64,000 nucleotides of DNA from Oscillospiraceae bacterium (GCA_015066515.1 SVOH01000003.1:8535-72534); one strand, 5' to 3'. Counted from the first letter of the stretch, positions 9,535 to 20,900 are shown. Program-made: numbers and translations. The notes: generated by a model not told the origin, from the letters alone.

Positions 9535-10908
9535 ATGAAAAAATTTGATACTGTTATTATAGGTGGCGGTATAGGCGGTCTTATGGCGGCTTATCGCTTG
9601 CGTAAAAACAGTCCTGATATGAGCATTGCTATTACCGAGCGTGGTAACGAGCTTGAAAAGCGAGTTTGCCCCGCAAGTAAAAATAACACCTGTGTTCATT
9701 GTAAGGTTTGTAGTATTACAAGCGGTTTTGCAGGGGCAGGTGCATTTAGTGACGGTAAGTTTAACCTTGGTACTGCTTATGGTGGAACATTAGGCGAAGA
9801 GCTTGGCGATGATACTGCCAATCTTTATATAGACGAGGTTGACAAAATTCTTAACGAATACTGCACTTCTGGCCTTCCAAAGGTGTTTAAATCTAATGAT
9901 GAATTACGTCTAAAATGTATACAAAACAACCTTCGTTTGCTTGATATGAACGTAAAGCATCTTGGTACCGATAATAACTACGTAACAATGCAAAATCTTA
10001 TAGCAGCTATACGTGCATCAGGAAGTGAACTATATAGCTTTTATGATTGTGTTGACATAAAAAAACAAGAGGGTACTTATATTCTTAATTATGCAAACGG
10101 CGAGGTTTTTGAAGCAAAAAATATTATAATCGCAACAGGTCGTTCGGGCGCTAATTTTGTGTCAGAGTTTTGTAAATCGAACGGTGTAAAAATGCGCTCA
10201 AACCATATAGATATTGGTGTGCGTGTTGAAATGAAGGATATTATTTGGCGTGAATTTTCTTCTAAAATTTACGAGCCAAAAATTCTTTACAAAACCAAGA
10301 CCTTTGAAGACCGCTGTCGTATGTTCTGCTTTAATCAAGGTGGTCTTGTGTCGGCTGAAAATAATCACGGTATAATTACGGCAAACGGTCACTCTTATGC
10401 TCAGGCAGAGAAAAAGACCGACAACTGCAACTTTGCAATTCTTTCAAGCATTCGCTTTACAGAGCCGTTTAATCAACCGACCGAGTACGCCGAAAATATC
10501 TCTCGCCTTGCTAATATGATAGGTAAGGGTAACGTGCTTGTGCAGCGCTTTGGTGATCTTATTCGTGGACGCCGTACAAACGACCATAGACTTTCACAAA
10601 ACACGGTAATACCAACACTCAAGGCTACGGCAGGTGATATTTCACTTGTGCTTCCGCACCGTATACTTACTAATATTATCGAAACCATTTATGCGCTTGA
10701 TAAGGTTGCACCGGGCACCGCAAATGATGATACCTTGCTTTACGGCTGTGAAAGTAAGTATTACTCAATCAGACCTGAATTTATGAACAAAAAGTTCGAG
10801 CTTATAGATAACGTCTATATAATTGGTGACGGCAGTGGCATCTGCCGCGGTCTTTCACAGTCGGGTGCAATGGGCATTTACGTAGCTGACTGTATAACAG
10901 GTGAATAA
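9535..10908 (+). CDS. NAD(P)/FAD-dependent oxidoreductase (COG2509-like)
   Basis: Dinucleotide-binding motif DTVIIGGGIGGLMAAYRL. ATG at 9535 is preceded by GGAG. The ORF-track start at 9496 lies inside the eno terminator. Confidence 0.7.
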   Translation: MKKFDTVIIGGGIGGLMAAYRLRKNSPDMSIAITERGNELEKRVCPASKNNTCVHCKVCSITSGFAGAGAFSDGKFNLGTAYGGTLGEELGDDTANLYIDEVDKILNEYCTSGLPKVFKSNDELRLKCIQNNLRLLDMNVKHLGTDNNYVTMQNLIAAIRASGSELYSFYDCVDIKKQEGTYILNYANGEVFEAKNIIIATGRSGANFVSEFCKSNGVKMRSNHIDIGVRVEMKDIIWREFSSKIYEPKILYKTKTFEDRCRMFCFNQGGLVSAENNHGIITANGHSYAQAEKKTDNCNFAILSSIRFTEPFNQPTEYAENISRLANMIGKGNVLVQRFGDLIRGRRTNDHRLSQNTVIPTLKATAGDISLVLPHRILTNIIETIYALDKVAPGTANDDTLLYGCESKYYSIRPEFMNKKFELIDNVYIIGDGSGICRGLSQSGAMGIYVADCITGE

Positions 10909-10912
10909 AAAT

Positions 10913-10950
10913 AAAAGCCGATTGAATTTACAGTCGGCTTTTGTCATTTT
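10913..10950 (+). terminator. intrinsic terminator
   Basis: Stem AAAAGCCGA...TCGGCTTTT followed by a T-rich tail. Confidence 0.7.
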
Positions 10951-10953
10951 ATT

Positions 10954-10982
10954 TTGACTTTATAGTTAATATATGATACAAT
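10954..10982 (+). promoter_or_regulatory. sigma-A-type promoter of the glycosyltransferase block
   Basis: TTGACT (10954-10959), 17-nt spacer, TACAAT (10977-10982). Confidence 0.55.
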
Positions 10983-11011
10983 TAAAGAAATATATGTAAA
11001 GTGGGTGTGGT

Positions 11012-13246
11012 ATGAACGTTTTTTGTGATGTCATAATACCTATATATAATGCTTATGATGCTACTGTTAACTGTATAGAATCGGTTATCAATAATACTGA
11101 CCTTAAAGAAAATAGGCTTGTACTCATAAACGACTGTAGTCCGGATGAAAGAATAAGCAAGCATATTAACGCTGTCAAAGTGCAACATTCTGAGCTTAAT
11201 ATTGTTGTGATTGAAAATGAAAAAAACAAGGGATTTGTTGGCACAGTTAATGTAGGTATGCGTTATTCTGACAATGATGTGTTGCTTCTTAACAGTGACA
11301 CTATTGTTGGTAAAAATTGGCTCGATAAAATGAAAAATTGTGCTTACAGTCAACCAAAGGTAGCTACGGTAACAGCGTTGTCAAATAATGCTACCTTAGT
11401 ATCTGTTCCAAAGGGCCTTATGAGAAATGAAATTCCCGATGATATAACCATTGATGAATATAACGATATGCTCACTAAATGCGCATACCGTGAATATCCT
11501 GAATTGCCTACATCGCACGGATTTTGTGTATATATACTTCGAGAAGCACTTGATAAGGTTGGCGTTTTTGACGAGGAAAGCTTTGGAAGGGGCTATGGAG
11601 AAGAAAATGATTTTTCTTTCCGTTGTATGGATTACGGATTTAAAAATCTTTTATGTGACGATGTGATTGTTTATCACCTTGAAAGTCAGTCGTTTTCAAA
11701 CGAACGTTCAAAGGTAATTGAAGAGCATCTTGAAATTATACAAAATAGATATTTAGGATATTATCAGGGTCAAGAGCATTGGTTTAGGGCGTTTCCTATT
11801 CTTCACATTTGTAGAAACGTGTATTATAACCTTGGCTTGAGAAAAAAGAAAAACGTGTTGATGGTTATTCACGAGTGGGATAATACCGTTGGTGGCACAA
11901 CGGCACACGTAAAGGATATTATATCCGCTTTATCGGGTGAGTTTAATTTTCATGTTTTATATCCTTCGGGCAGTAGATATGTAATTGAGTCCTTTTTTGG
12001 CGATGAAAGCGAAAAAATGACTTTACCATTTACGGTTGAAAAAACAGCTAGATACAATCGTTTTAACAACATTTATAGGGAAATGTTGGATTATGTTGTG
12101 CGCGCTTTTGCAATATCTACGTTACACATTCATCATATGTCCGGGCATTACTTTGACATTGCAGATGTTGCTAACAAATACAATATTAACTCAATTATTA
12201 CGTTGCATGACACGTATTCAATATGTCCGGCAGTAGGAATGCTTTATTGCAATGAAAAATATTGCGCCGACATAGCCGAGCGTGATTGCGCAAAATGTCT
12301 TATCCATACCGAAAGAGCGGCTAATAACATTATACCGGAATGGCAGAGTGATTGGCATACATTCTTAAAGAAATTTGATAGTGTTATAGTGCCATCAAAT
12401 GATACAAAACGAAGAATAAATGCTGTTTATAATGATGTGGAGTTAAAGGTTGTGGAGCACGGTGTTAACGTTGATAAGTTGGACTATACACCAAAGCTAG
12501 ACCGTAAACTTAGAATAGCATTTACAGGTGTTTTGTGTAGGCATAAAGGTGCCGAGATGTTACGAAATCTGATTAAAAATTGTAATGATCGTAATATAGA
12601 GTTTCACACCTTTGGCAGGGTTGAATCAGAGTTTGCTGATTTACAACAAAACACTTCTAATTACACCTATCACGGTCCTTACAAAAGAGAAGAAATAGGT
12701 AAACTACTTGCCAAAAATAAGATAAATTTAATTTGCTTTTTGCAGATTTGTCCCGAAACATATTCTTATACTGTAAACGAAGCAGTAGCTTCTAAAATTC
12801 CGGTTTTGTCGGTGGATTTGGGCGCTGGTGCGGATCGAATAAAAGAAAACAAACTTGGTTGGATAGTGCCTAAGGATGCTTCGTGTGAAGAGATATTAGA
12901 AACTTTAACTTCGATAAAAGATAATGTTGATGAATATCAAAAAGCAGTCTTAGATGTAGAAGAATACAATTTCAAGACCGTAGATGATATGGGTCAAGAT
13001 TATCTGAAGGTATACAATGTAAAAAATGTTGATAAAACTGTAGATTATGATGCACTAAGATATTTGGTTAAGCAGGAAGTAATACTCGCTAAAAACATAA
13101 TTTACAATAATGAAGTCGAAGTTATGCTAGATGGTATACTACGTTCGGCAAAATGGCGTATTGTAAACAAAATAAAGGTTCCAAAGATTTTATCTAAACC
13201 TTTAAAGGCAATTTTTAGACTGTTAAAAAGAATAGTTAAGAGGTAG
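11012..13246 (+). CDS. fused glycosyltransferase: N-terminal GT2 (GT-A) domain plus C-terminal GT1/GT4-like (GT-B) domain
   Basis: N-terminal motifs DVIIPIYNAYD, LINDCSPD and LLNSD. C-terminal EX7E motif ETYSYTVNEA. Confidence 0.75.
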   Translation: MNVFCDVIIPIYNAYDATVNCIESVINNTDLKENRLVLINDCSPDERISKHINAVKVQHSELNIVVIENEKNKGFVGTVNVGMRYSDNDVLLLNSDTIVGKNWLDKMKNCAYSQPKVATVTALSNNATLVSVPKGLMRNEIPDDITIDEYNDMLTKCAYREYPELPTSHGFCVYILREALDKVGVFDEESFGRGYGEENDFSFRCMDYGFKNLLCDDVIVYHLESQSFSNERSKVIEEHLEIIQNRYLGYYQGQEHWFRAFPILHICRNVYYNLGLRKKKNVLMVIHEWDNTVGGTTAHVKDIISALSGEFNFHVLYPSGSRYVIESFFGDESEKMTLPFTVEKTARYNRFNNIYREMLDYVVRAFAISTLHIHHMSGHYFDIADVANKYNINSIITLHDTYSICPAVGMLYCNEKYCADIAERDCAKCLIHTERAANNIIPEWQSDWHTFLKKFDSVIVPSNDTKRRINAVYNDVELKVVEHGVNVDKLDYTPKLDRKLRIAFTGVLCRHKGAEMLRNLIKNCNDRNIEFHTFGRVESEFADLQQNTSNYTYHGPYKREEIGKLLAKNKINLICFLQICPETYSYTVNEAVASKIPVLSVDLGAGADRIKENKLGWIVPKDASCEEILETLTSIKDNVDEYQKAVLDVEEYNFKTVDDMGQDYLKVYNVKNVDKTVDYDALRYLVKQEVILAKNIIYNNEVEVMLDGILRSAKWRIVNKIKVPKILSKPLKAIFRLLKRIVKR

Positions 13247-13250
13247 TAAA

Positions 13251-14105
13251 ATGAAACTCGCTGCGGTAGTGGTATTGTATAATCCAAGCGCAAAAATTTT
13301 AGAAAATATAAAATCATATATTGATTATGTAGATGTTGTGTATGCCGTTGATAATTCTTCGTCGGATAATAGCATACCTTTGCAATCTGACAAAATTGTC
13401 TATCTTTCAAATAGTGAAAACAAGGGAATAGCATACGCATTAAACCGTGGCGCAAAGCAGGCAATTGCTGATGGTTATGATTGGTTGCTCACGATGGACC
13501 AGGATAGCACATTCCAAGGCGACGGTGTCGATAAACTAAAAGAGTTTATTGTAGGGTGTAAGTCAGCTGACAGCGAATACCAATATGACAAAATTGGTCT
13601 TGTTACACCGTTTCATAGAACCTTGTTTAACGAAGCGGAGCAATTGAGCGAAATTGATAGTCCTGCAGTTGTTATGACTTCGGGAAATATTATTAGCCTT
13701 GAAGCTTATCAAAAAATCGGTGGCTTTAAGGATTGGATGTTTATTGATGCTGTTGATTTTGACTATTGTTTAAATTTGCGCGATCATGGATATGATATTT
13801 GGCGTTTGCCGCAGGTAGAGCTTAAACACAATTTAGGTGATGTTGTTTTTAAAACTTTTAGGGGAAAACGGTATTACGGACTTAATCACAGCCCTGTAAG
13901 AAGATATTATATTGTTAGAAACAGACATTATTTTTGCGATATGTATGAGGAACGTTACCCAGGCTTTTGCAATGCCGAAAGGCAGAGCACGAAGGTAGAG
14001 GTAAAGGGTATTTTGCTTTGTGAAAAACACAAAATACGAAAACTACTTGCTATGTTTAGAGGATATTTGGATTATAAGTTAGGTAAAAAAGGCAAAAAGG
14101 TTTAA
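13251..14105 (+). CDS. GT2-family glycosyltransferase (rhamnosyltransferase-like)
   Basis: Motifs AAVVVLYNPS, AVDNSS and LLTMDQDS. Confidence 0.75.
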   Translation: MKLAAVVVLYNPSAKILENIKSYIDYVDVVYAVDNSSSDNSIPLQSDKIVYLSNSENKGIAYALNRGAKQAIADGYDWLLTMDQDSTFQGDGVDKLKEFIVGCKSADSEYQYDKIGLVTPFHRTLFNEAEQLSEIDSPAVVMTSGNIISLEAYQKIGGFKDWMFIDAVDFDYCLNLRDHGYDIWRLPQVELKHNLGDVVFKTFRGKRYYGLNHSPVRRYYIVRNRHYFCDMYEERYPGFCNAERQSTKVEVKGILLCEKHKIRKLLAMFRGYLDYKLGKKGKKV

Positions 14106-14121
14106 AGGAATGTGATAAATA

Positions 14122-16233
14122 ATGATTAAAAGAAGTATCGGGTCTGCTTTGGTTTTAGTGGTTGTATTTATATGCCTTATAGCCATGGCATGTCCTATGC
14201 AATCAATAGCACATTTTGTTCCTGAAGGACAGGCTGTAGCCACATATTATCCAAGAGATTTATATTCGCTTTCTGGGGCAGAAGTTTATGATAACGGTGA
14301 CGTAAAAATAACCGGATCCAATCCAAATGTGTATGTAAACGAAATAAACCGTACCACAAGGACTATAGCAATAAAGCTCAAAGAACCCGTTAGCGAATCC
14401 TTTGCTGCAAATATGTATTACGATACGGGCAACGGATTGAATGAATCCGAAAAGGTTTATTCCTCAGCATTCAAGGGAGATAATTTGATATGCTTTGCTT
14501 TGCCGACTGACAGTCATTGTGTTGCTGCGAGAATTGATATAAATATTGATTATAAAATTGATAGTATCAACGTGTACGATACCGAACCTAATATGGTTTT
14601 ATCAAATATTGTAAATCCTTGGTGGGAATATCTTATTTGTGCGGTTGTGGCTATCGCTACCTTTATAGCTGTTTTCTTTTTAGATATTAAGTTTAATTTC
14701 TTTGGCAAAATATGCGATTGCTTAAGCGGCAATAAGTTTGCAATACTAAAGGGACTTATTGGCGTTTGTGGTTGCGCATTATTGGCAGCGGGTTTTGAAT
14801 TTATATGCGGTCTTATATTTGGACCAACCACTGCCGGACACAATTTTAACGTTTATCGTTTTTTATTGGTGCTGGGTGTAATTTTAACTTTAGCGGCAAT
14901 TGCGTTCTTTATTAAATCAGTTAATAAAAAGCCGGAAAACCTGTTTTTAACCATTATGCTAATTTCTGGTTTTGTTATGATTTTCGCGTCGCCGTTTGGA
15001 CATATTGCATGGGATGTGGAAACGCATTATAAATGGGCGTTGAATTCCTCTTATATTGGTCAGGCATATAAGACCGAGGCTGATAGATATGTAATAAATA
15101 ATCAAGATCTTTATTGGTCAAAAGAAAACGCTTTAGACAATCAAAATAACATTGAACTTGTTAATGCGTCTGATGACTATGTTGTTGAAGAATTTTATCA
15201 AAGCAAACGTCTTACTCATATACCAAGTGGAATATTTATTGCACTTTCAAGATTTTTTGGTCTAAATTTTTACTGGACCCTTACTTTAGGTCGAGTACCT
15301 AATCTTTTGATTTATGCTTTCGCGTGCTATTTTGGTATGAGAAAGCTAAAGAGTGGCAAAATGATAATGGCCGTTTTGGCATTCTTCCCAACAAATTTAT
15401 TTGTAGCAACTAATTTTTCGTATGATTATTGGTTAAACGGACTTTCAATGCTTGGTATTGCATATTTTGTTTCTGAAATGCAACAACCTCAAAAACAAAT
15501 TACATTAAAAGAAAACATAATAATGTGTGTTTCATTGGCGCTAGCTTGTTTGCCGAAGCAAATATATGCTCCATTATTACTAATACCATTTTTCCTTAGG
15601 AAAACTAATTTTGAAAAAAGAAAAAGGTATTATGCAATTTGTATGTCAGCATTTATAGTATTGTTGGTGTTGCTTGTTTTAAGAAGTCTTTCGTCAGTAA
15701 CGTCGTCGGGAGATTTGCGCGGCGGTTCAGATATAGGTCCAATGCAGCAGGTTAAATTTATTTTAGGCAATCCTTTCACATATGCTAAAACGCTTTTAAA
15801 TTTCTTATGGTCGTATTTATCTATCGGTGGTGCAAAAGACTATATTTGTAACATGGCATACATAGGCTATGGCTTCGGTCATGGTATAATGTTATCACTG
15901 ATGTTATTTACCGCTTTTACCGATAAGAACCAATACGATGTTAATAACAAGTATTTACTTGTGAAATGCTTTAATTTACTGTTGCTGTTTGGAGTGGCAT
16001 CGCTGGTTTCGACCGCACTTTATATTTCGTTTACAGCTGTAGGAAGCGATGTTATACGCGGCTGTCAAGGAAGATATTTAATGCCACTGCTATTACCGGT
16101 AATGTCGGTTATAGGAAGCGGATTTGTAAATAACACAATTGATCGTAAATGGTATAATAGTTTAATACTTTGTTGTTGTGGTATGGTTAATTTTGTTACA
16201 ATAGCGCTTACAATGGTATCAAAACTTTTATAA
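14122..16233 (+). CDS. large polytopic membrane protein of a polysaccharide locus (DUF2142/ArnT-like)
   Basis: A signal/TM segment, a ~150-aa extracytoplasmic domain and at least 12 TM segments. WDVETH resembles the DUF2142 DE..H motif. Confidence 0.55.
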   Translation: MIKRSIGSALVLVVVFICLIAMACPMQSIAHFVPEGQAVATYYPRDLYSLSGAEVYDNGDVKITGSNPNVYVNEINRTTRTIAIKLKEPVSESFAANMYYDTGNGLNESEKVYSSAFKGDNLICFALPTDSHCVAARIDINIDYKIDSINVYDTEPNMVLSNIVNPWWEYLICAVVAIATFIAVFFLDIKFNFFGKICDCLSGNKFAILKGLIGVCGCALLAAGFEFICGLIFGPTTAGHNFNVYRFLLVLGVILTLAAIAFFIKSVNKKPENLFLTIMLISGFVMIFASPFGHIAWDVETHYKWALNSSYIGQAYKTEADRYVINNQDLYWSKENALDNQNNIELVNASDDYVVEEFYQSKRLTHIPSGIFIALSRFFGLNFYWTLTLGRVPNLLIYAFACYFGMRKLKSGKMIMAVLAFFPTNLFVATNFSYDYWLNGLSMLGIAYFVSEMQQPQKQITLKENIIMCVSLALACLPKQIYAPLLLIPFFLRKTNFEKRKRYYAICMSAFIVLLVLLVLRSLSSVTSSGDLRGGSDIGPMQQVKFILGNPFTYAKTLLNFLWSYLSIGGAKDYICNMAYIGYGFGHGIMLSLMLFTAFTDKNQYDVNNKYLLVKCFNLLLLFGVASLVSTALYISFTAVGSDVIRGCQGRYLMPLLLPVMSVIGSGFVNNTIDRKWYNSLILCCCGMVNFVTIALTMVSKLL

Positions 16234-16238
16234 AAAAT

Positions 16239-16285
16239 AAAACCGAATGAAATGCCTTTTTAAAAGGATTTCGTTCGGTTTTTTA
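16239..16285. terminator. bidirectional terminator between convergent genes
   Basis: Stem AACCGAATGAAAT...ATTTCGTTCGGTT flanked by A and T runs. Confidence 0.7.
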
Positions 16286-16288
16286 ATT

Positions 16289-17758
16289 TTAAACCTGTTT
16301 ATTTTTTGAAAAGAAACGCCTAATATAAAGTAAAACACGCACAAAAAAATTAGCTCTGATTCTTTGATATGCAGTGTTTATCTCGTTTAATTGCTCTTGA
16401 GTTGAATGAAGAATATTTTCCAGAGATTTTATATATTGGTTTTGTTCGGTGTTATTTTTTTCTAAGTTTGATATATGATCAAGATGTTGGCTGATTATTG
16501 ACTCTAATTTTACCGAATATTCGGTTTGTGAATCTAGAGCGTTTATATACTGAATTTTTTCCCTTTCTAATCTGGATAGTTCGGGAAGGGTTTTTATTAG
16601 AGGCTTTATAAAATCCTGATAGTCGTGATTGCTTGGTTGAGTGCTTTTAATCATTAATAGTAGGTTGTCAAAATACTCATTAAGCTGAGATAAAACTTCG
16701 TTTTTTTTAGGATTAAAGCTTATTTTACCATCGTATAAATCGTTGAGTAAATTCAATGCATCCTTTGCGTTATCGACAACAAAATCAGATACACCATACA
16801 TTTTAAACATCTCTTGGTTTTTATTTTTGGGGAAAATGTAGTTGTAACTTATAGCTTTTTTTCCGTAAGCAATGGCGGTTATTGCACCGTGAAAACTTGA
16901 ACCAAAATATATTTCACAACCTGCTAAAACAGCGGCTGTTTCCATTATGTTAAGTTTTTTGTTTATAAGCACACAATCAAGATTATTGTTTTTGTTAAAC
17001 TGTTCAAGCACAAAGTCGTCGTTGTGTGTGTATCCAATTGGTAATAACACTACCGTAAGCCTCTGGGCTTTAAGTTTGTTGATTATTTCAATTAGATATT
17101 GATCATCTTCTTGCGGTTTTTGAGGGTTGAATTGAATAACAGCGTATTTGCCATCAAAGGGAAGAATATTTTGATTATAATTTTTTAGTTCTTCTAATGG
17201 AATTAAATCTGAAATACAGCAAACAGAGTCGGGATACACCTCAATTTTTGGTGGATTTTCATCGTAAATATCAAGAAGATACTGCTTTGACATATCATCT
17301 CTAAAAGAAATATAATCGCAACAACCAAACGCTGCGCGAGTAGTAGCTTGCAAAGACTCTGGAAAAGGGAAGGGGATTTGAGGCAGGTTAAAAAGCAGCT
17401 TAATATTATTACGGACGGCGAAGTCTATGGGATAATACCATGATTCGCCAATATCATACCCAACAATTTGGGTTTCTTGTGGGAATTTAACTGAGATTTT
17501 GTTGTAGTGAACAAGAGCACCACCGCCTACAACAACGGCATTTAAGGGATGCTCATTATGAATTTTGTCTATTTCGCTTATGGAAAACACAGTGGTGTTT
17601 TCATCCAAAGCCTTTTTGCAACTGCGTTCAGGGGAGAAAAGGAACAGCTCGAAATCTAAGTTACGTTTTTCCATAGCTTTTTTGAAAATCACCGGAAACA
17701 TAAGGTCGCCATAATTTTCAACATTAAAAGTACCTGATATAGCAATGTTATATTTCAT
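16289..17758 (-). CDS. polysaccharide pyruvyl transferase family protein with a ~120-aa C-terminal coiled-coil tail
   Basis: N-terminus MKYNIAISGTFNVENYGDLMFPVIF. The C-terminus is heptad-like (LSRLEREKIQYINALDSQTEY...). Confidence 0.6.
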   Translation of the reverse strand: MKYNIAISGTFNVENYGDLMFPVIFKKAMEKRNLDFELFLFSPERSCKKALDENTTVFSISEIDKIHNEHPLNAVVVGGGALVHYNKISVKFPQETQIVGYDIGESWYYPIDFAVRNNIKLLFNLPQIPFPFPESLQATTRAAFGCCDYISFRDDMSKQYLLDIYDENPPKIEVYPDSVCCISDLIPLEELKNYNQNILPFDGKYAVIQFNPQKPQEDDQYLIEIINKLKAQRLTVVLLPIGYTHNDDFVLEQFNKNNNLDCVLINKKLNIMETAAVLAGCEIYFGSSFHGAITAIAYGKKAISYNYIFPKNKNQEMFKMYGVSDFVVDNAKDALNLLNDLYDGKISFNPKKNEVLSQLNEYFDNLLLMIKSTQPSNHDYQDFIKPLIKTLPELSRLEREKIQYINALDSQTEYSVKLESIISQHLDHISNLEKNNTEQNQYIKSLENILHSTQEQLNEINTAYQRIRANFFVRVLLYIRRFFSKNKQV

Positions 17759-17881
17759 ATACTTACACCTTTATTAATCAATTTTACAGTAAAAATTCAC
17801 TGAATAAAGTATATCATAAGAGTAGTTTAATGTCAAATTGATAAAATTTTGACAATTTTTTCAAAAAATAAAATTTTATTA

Positions 17882-17910
17882 TTTACTTTTTGCGCAAGAA
17901 GTGTTATTAT
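17882..17910 (+). promoter_or_regulatory. candidate extended -10 promoter of the PFOR gene
   Basis: TTTACT (17882-17887), 17-nt spacer, TGtTATTAT (17902-17910). Confidence 0.45.
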
Positions 17911-17974
17911 GTATTCGTATGAGACTGTCTAAAGGACACAGCCTCTCGAATAAAATTTTTGGAGGAATTTTAAC

Positions 17975-20900
17975 ATGGCAAGAAAGTTTAAAACCATGGA
18001 TGGTAACAACGCTGCGGCTCACGTTTCTTATGCGTTTACCGAAGTAGCAGGTATTTATCCAATTACACCATCCAGCCCAATGGCAGACTATGTTGACCAG
18101 TGGTCAGCACAGGGCCTCAAAAACATTTTTGGAACAAAGGTTAACGTTGTAGAAATGCAGTCCGAAGCAGGTGCTGCAGGTACAGTTCACGGCTCACTCG
18201 CAGCTGGTGCTCTTACTACAACATTTACCGCTTCACAGGGTCTTCTTTTGATGATTCCTAATATGTATAAAATCGCAGGCGAATTATTGCCTTCAGTTTT
18301 CCACGTATCAGCTCGTTGCGTAGCAAGCCACGCTCTTAACATCTTTGGCGACCACTCTGACGTTTATGCATGCCGTCAGACAGGTTTTGCAATGCTTGCT
18401 GAATCAAACCCACAGGAAGTTATGGACCTTGGTGCTGTAGCACACTTAGCTTCTATCAAGGGTCGCGTACCTTTCATCAACTTCTTTGACGGTTTCCGTA
18501 CTTCACACGAGCTTCAAAAGATTCAAGTTTGGGATTTTGATGACCTTAAAGAAATGTGCGATATGGATGCAGTTGATGCATTCCGCAAGCGTGCTCTTAA
18601 CCCAGAGCGTCCTGTAATGCGTGGTTCACACCAGAACGACGATATCTTCTTCCAGAACAGAGAAGCTTGCAACAAGTATTATGAAGCTCTTCCTGCAATT
18701 GTTGAAGAATATATGGACAAGGTTAATGCTAAAATTGGCACAGACTATAAACTCTTTAACTACTACGGTGCACCTGATGCAGAGCGTGTAATCATCGCTA
18801 TGGGTTCATTCTGCGACGTTGCTGAAGAAGTTATTGACTATATGATGGCAGCAGGCGAAAAGGTTGGTCTTATCAAGGTAAGACTTTATCGTCCGTTCGC
18901 AGCTGACAAGTTTGTTGAGGCTATTCCTGTAACATGTAAAAAGATTGCTGTTCTTGACAGAACAAAAGAACCAGGCTCACTTGGTGAACCACTTTATATG
19001 GACGTTGTTAGCGCATTGGCACAAACAGGTCGCAAGATTGACACCGTTATCGGCGGTCGTTACGGTCTTGGTTCGAAAGATACTCCTCCTTCAAGCGTAT
19101 TCGCAGTATATAAGGAATTAGCTGCTGACGCTCCACGTCACAACTTCACAATCGGTATCGTTGACGACGTTACCAACCTTTCACTCCAAGAAGAAGCAGC
19201 TCCAAACACCGCTGCAGAAGGCACAATCGAGTGCAAGTTCTGGGGTCTTGGTGGTGACGGTACCGTTGGTGCTAACAAAGACTCTATCAAAATTATCGGT
19301 GACCACACCGACAAGTACGTTCAGGCTTACTTCCAGTATGACTCTAAAAAGACCGGTGGTATCACAATTTCTCACCTCCGTTTCGGCGACAAGCCAATCA
19401 AGAGCCCATACTACATCAATAAGGCTGACTTCGTTGCTTGTCACAACCCATCATACGTAATCAAGGGTTACAAGATGGTTAACGACGTTAAACCAGGCGG
19501 TGTATTCCTTATTAACTGCCAGTGGACTCCTGAAGAGCTTAACGAACATATGCCAGCAGAAGCTAAGCGCTACATTGCTAACAACAACGTTCAGCTTTAT
19601 ACTGTTAACGCTATTGATATGGCTGCAGAAATTGGTCTTGGTAAACGTACCAATACAGTTCTTCAGTCTGCATTCTTCGCACTTTCTGAAGTTCTTCCAC
19701 GTGAAGAGGCTATCGGCTACATGAAGGAAAAAGCTCAGAAGTTTATGAAGAAGGGTAAAGAAATTGTAGAAATGAACGAAAAGGCAATCGACGCAGGTGC
19801 TAACGCTTACGTTAAGATTGACGTTCCTGCTGACTGGGCAAACGCTACCGACGACAACGCTGCTGCTGCATCTGTTGGCGCAGACAAGCTTGTTAAGATG
19901 GTTGATAACATCATGAAGCCAGTTGGTCTTATGAACGGTTATGACCTTCCTGTATCTGCATTTACCGACCACGCTGACGGTACATTTGAACAGGGTGCAT
20001 CTGCTTATGAAAAGCGCGGCGTTGCTGTAATGGTACCTGAGTGGAACAACGAAACCTGTATCGGTTGTAACAAGTGCGCATTTGTTTGTCCTCATGCTAC
20101 AATTCGTCCATTTGCACTTTCAGCTGACGAAAAGGCAGCTGCTCCTGCAGATATTAAGATTGCAGTAAAAGAAAAGCTCGTTACAAACAAGGGCTATTCT
20201 TATGCGCTTACAATTTCTCCACTTGACTGTATGGGTTGCGGCGTTTGCGTTGGCGTATGTCCTACTTCATCACTCAAGATGGTATCTCAGGAATCACAGC
20301 TTTCTGAGCAAGCAAGCTTTGATTACTGTGTTGCAAACGTAACTGAAAAAGAAGGTATCGCTTCAAGCGCTAACCTTATTTCTTCGCAGTTTAAGAAACC
20401 ACTTCTCGAGTTCTCAGGTTCATGCGCAGGTTGTGCTGAAACCGCTTATGCTCGTCTTATTACACAGCTCTTTGGTGACAGAATGTACATCTCTAACGCT
20501 ACCGGTTGTTCATCAATCTGGGGCGGTCCTGCTGCTACATCACCATACACCACAGATGCTAACGGCCATGGTCCTGCTTGGGCAAACTCTCTCTTTGAAG
20601 ATAATGCAGAGCACGGCTTTGGTATGTATTTAGGTCAAAAGGCTATCCGTAACCGTCTTATCGACGATGTTAAGGCTATAGTTGACGCTTGCAAGGCACC
20701 TGAAAACGTAGTTGCTGCTGCAAATGCATACCTTGACACACTTAACGACGGCGACAAGAACGCCGCTGCATCAAAGGCTTTAGTTGAAGCACTCGAAGGC
20801 TTTGACTGTGACTGCGATATGAAGAAAGACATCCTTGCAAATCAAGAGTACCTTTCAAAGAAATCTGTATGGATCTTTGGTGGTGACGGTTGGGCATACG

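Noticed and set aside
19161-20095. Long ORFs antisense to, or out of frame within, nifJ (for example 19451..20095, 214 aa). Similar shadow ORFs occur inside metG, ftsH, addAB, rnj and the ATPase-like gene.
   Set aside because: They lie entirely within strongly supported genes. They have no RBS and odd, Cys/Ser/Val-rich low-complexity composition. They are the usual shadow ORFs of biased-codon genes.
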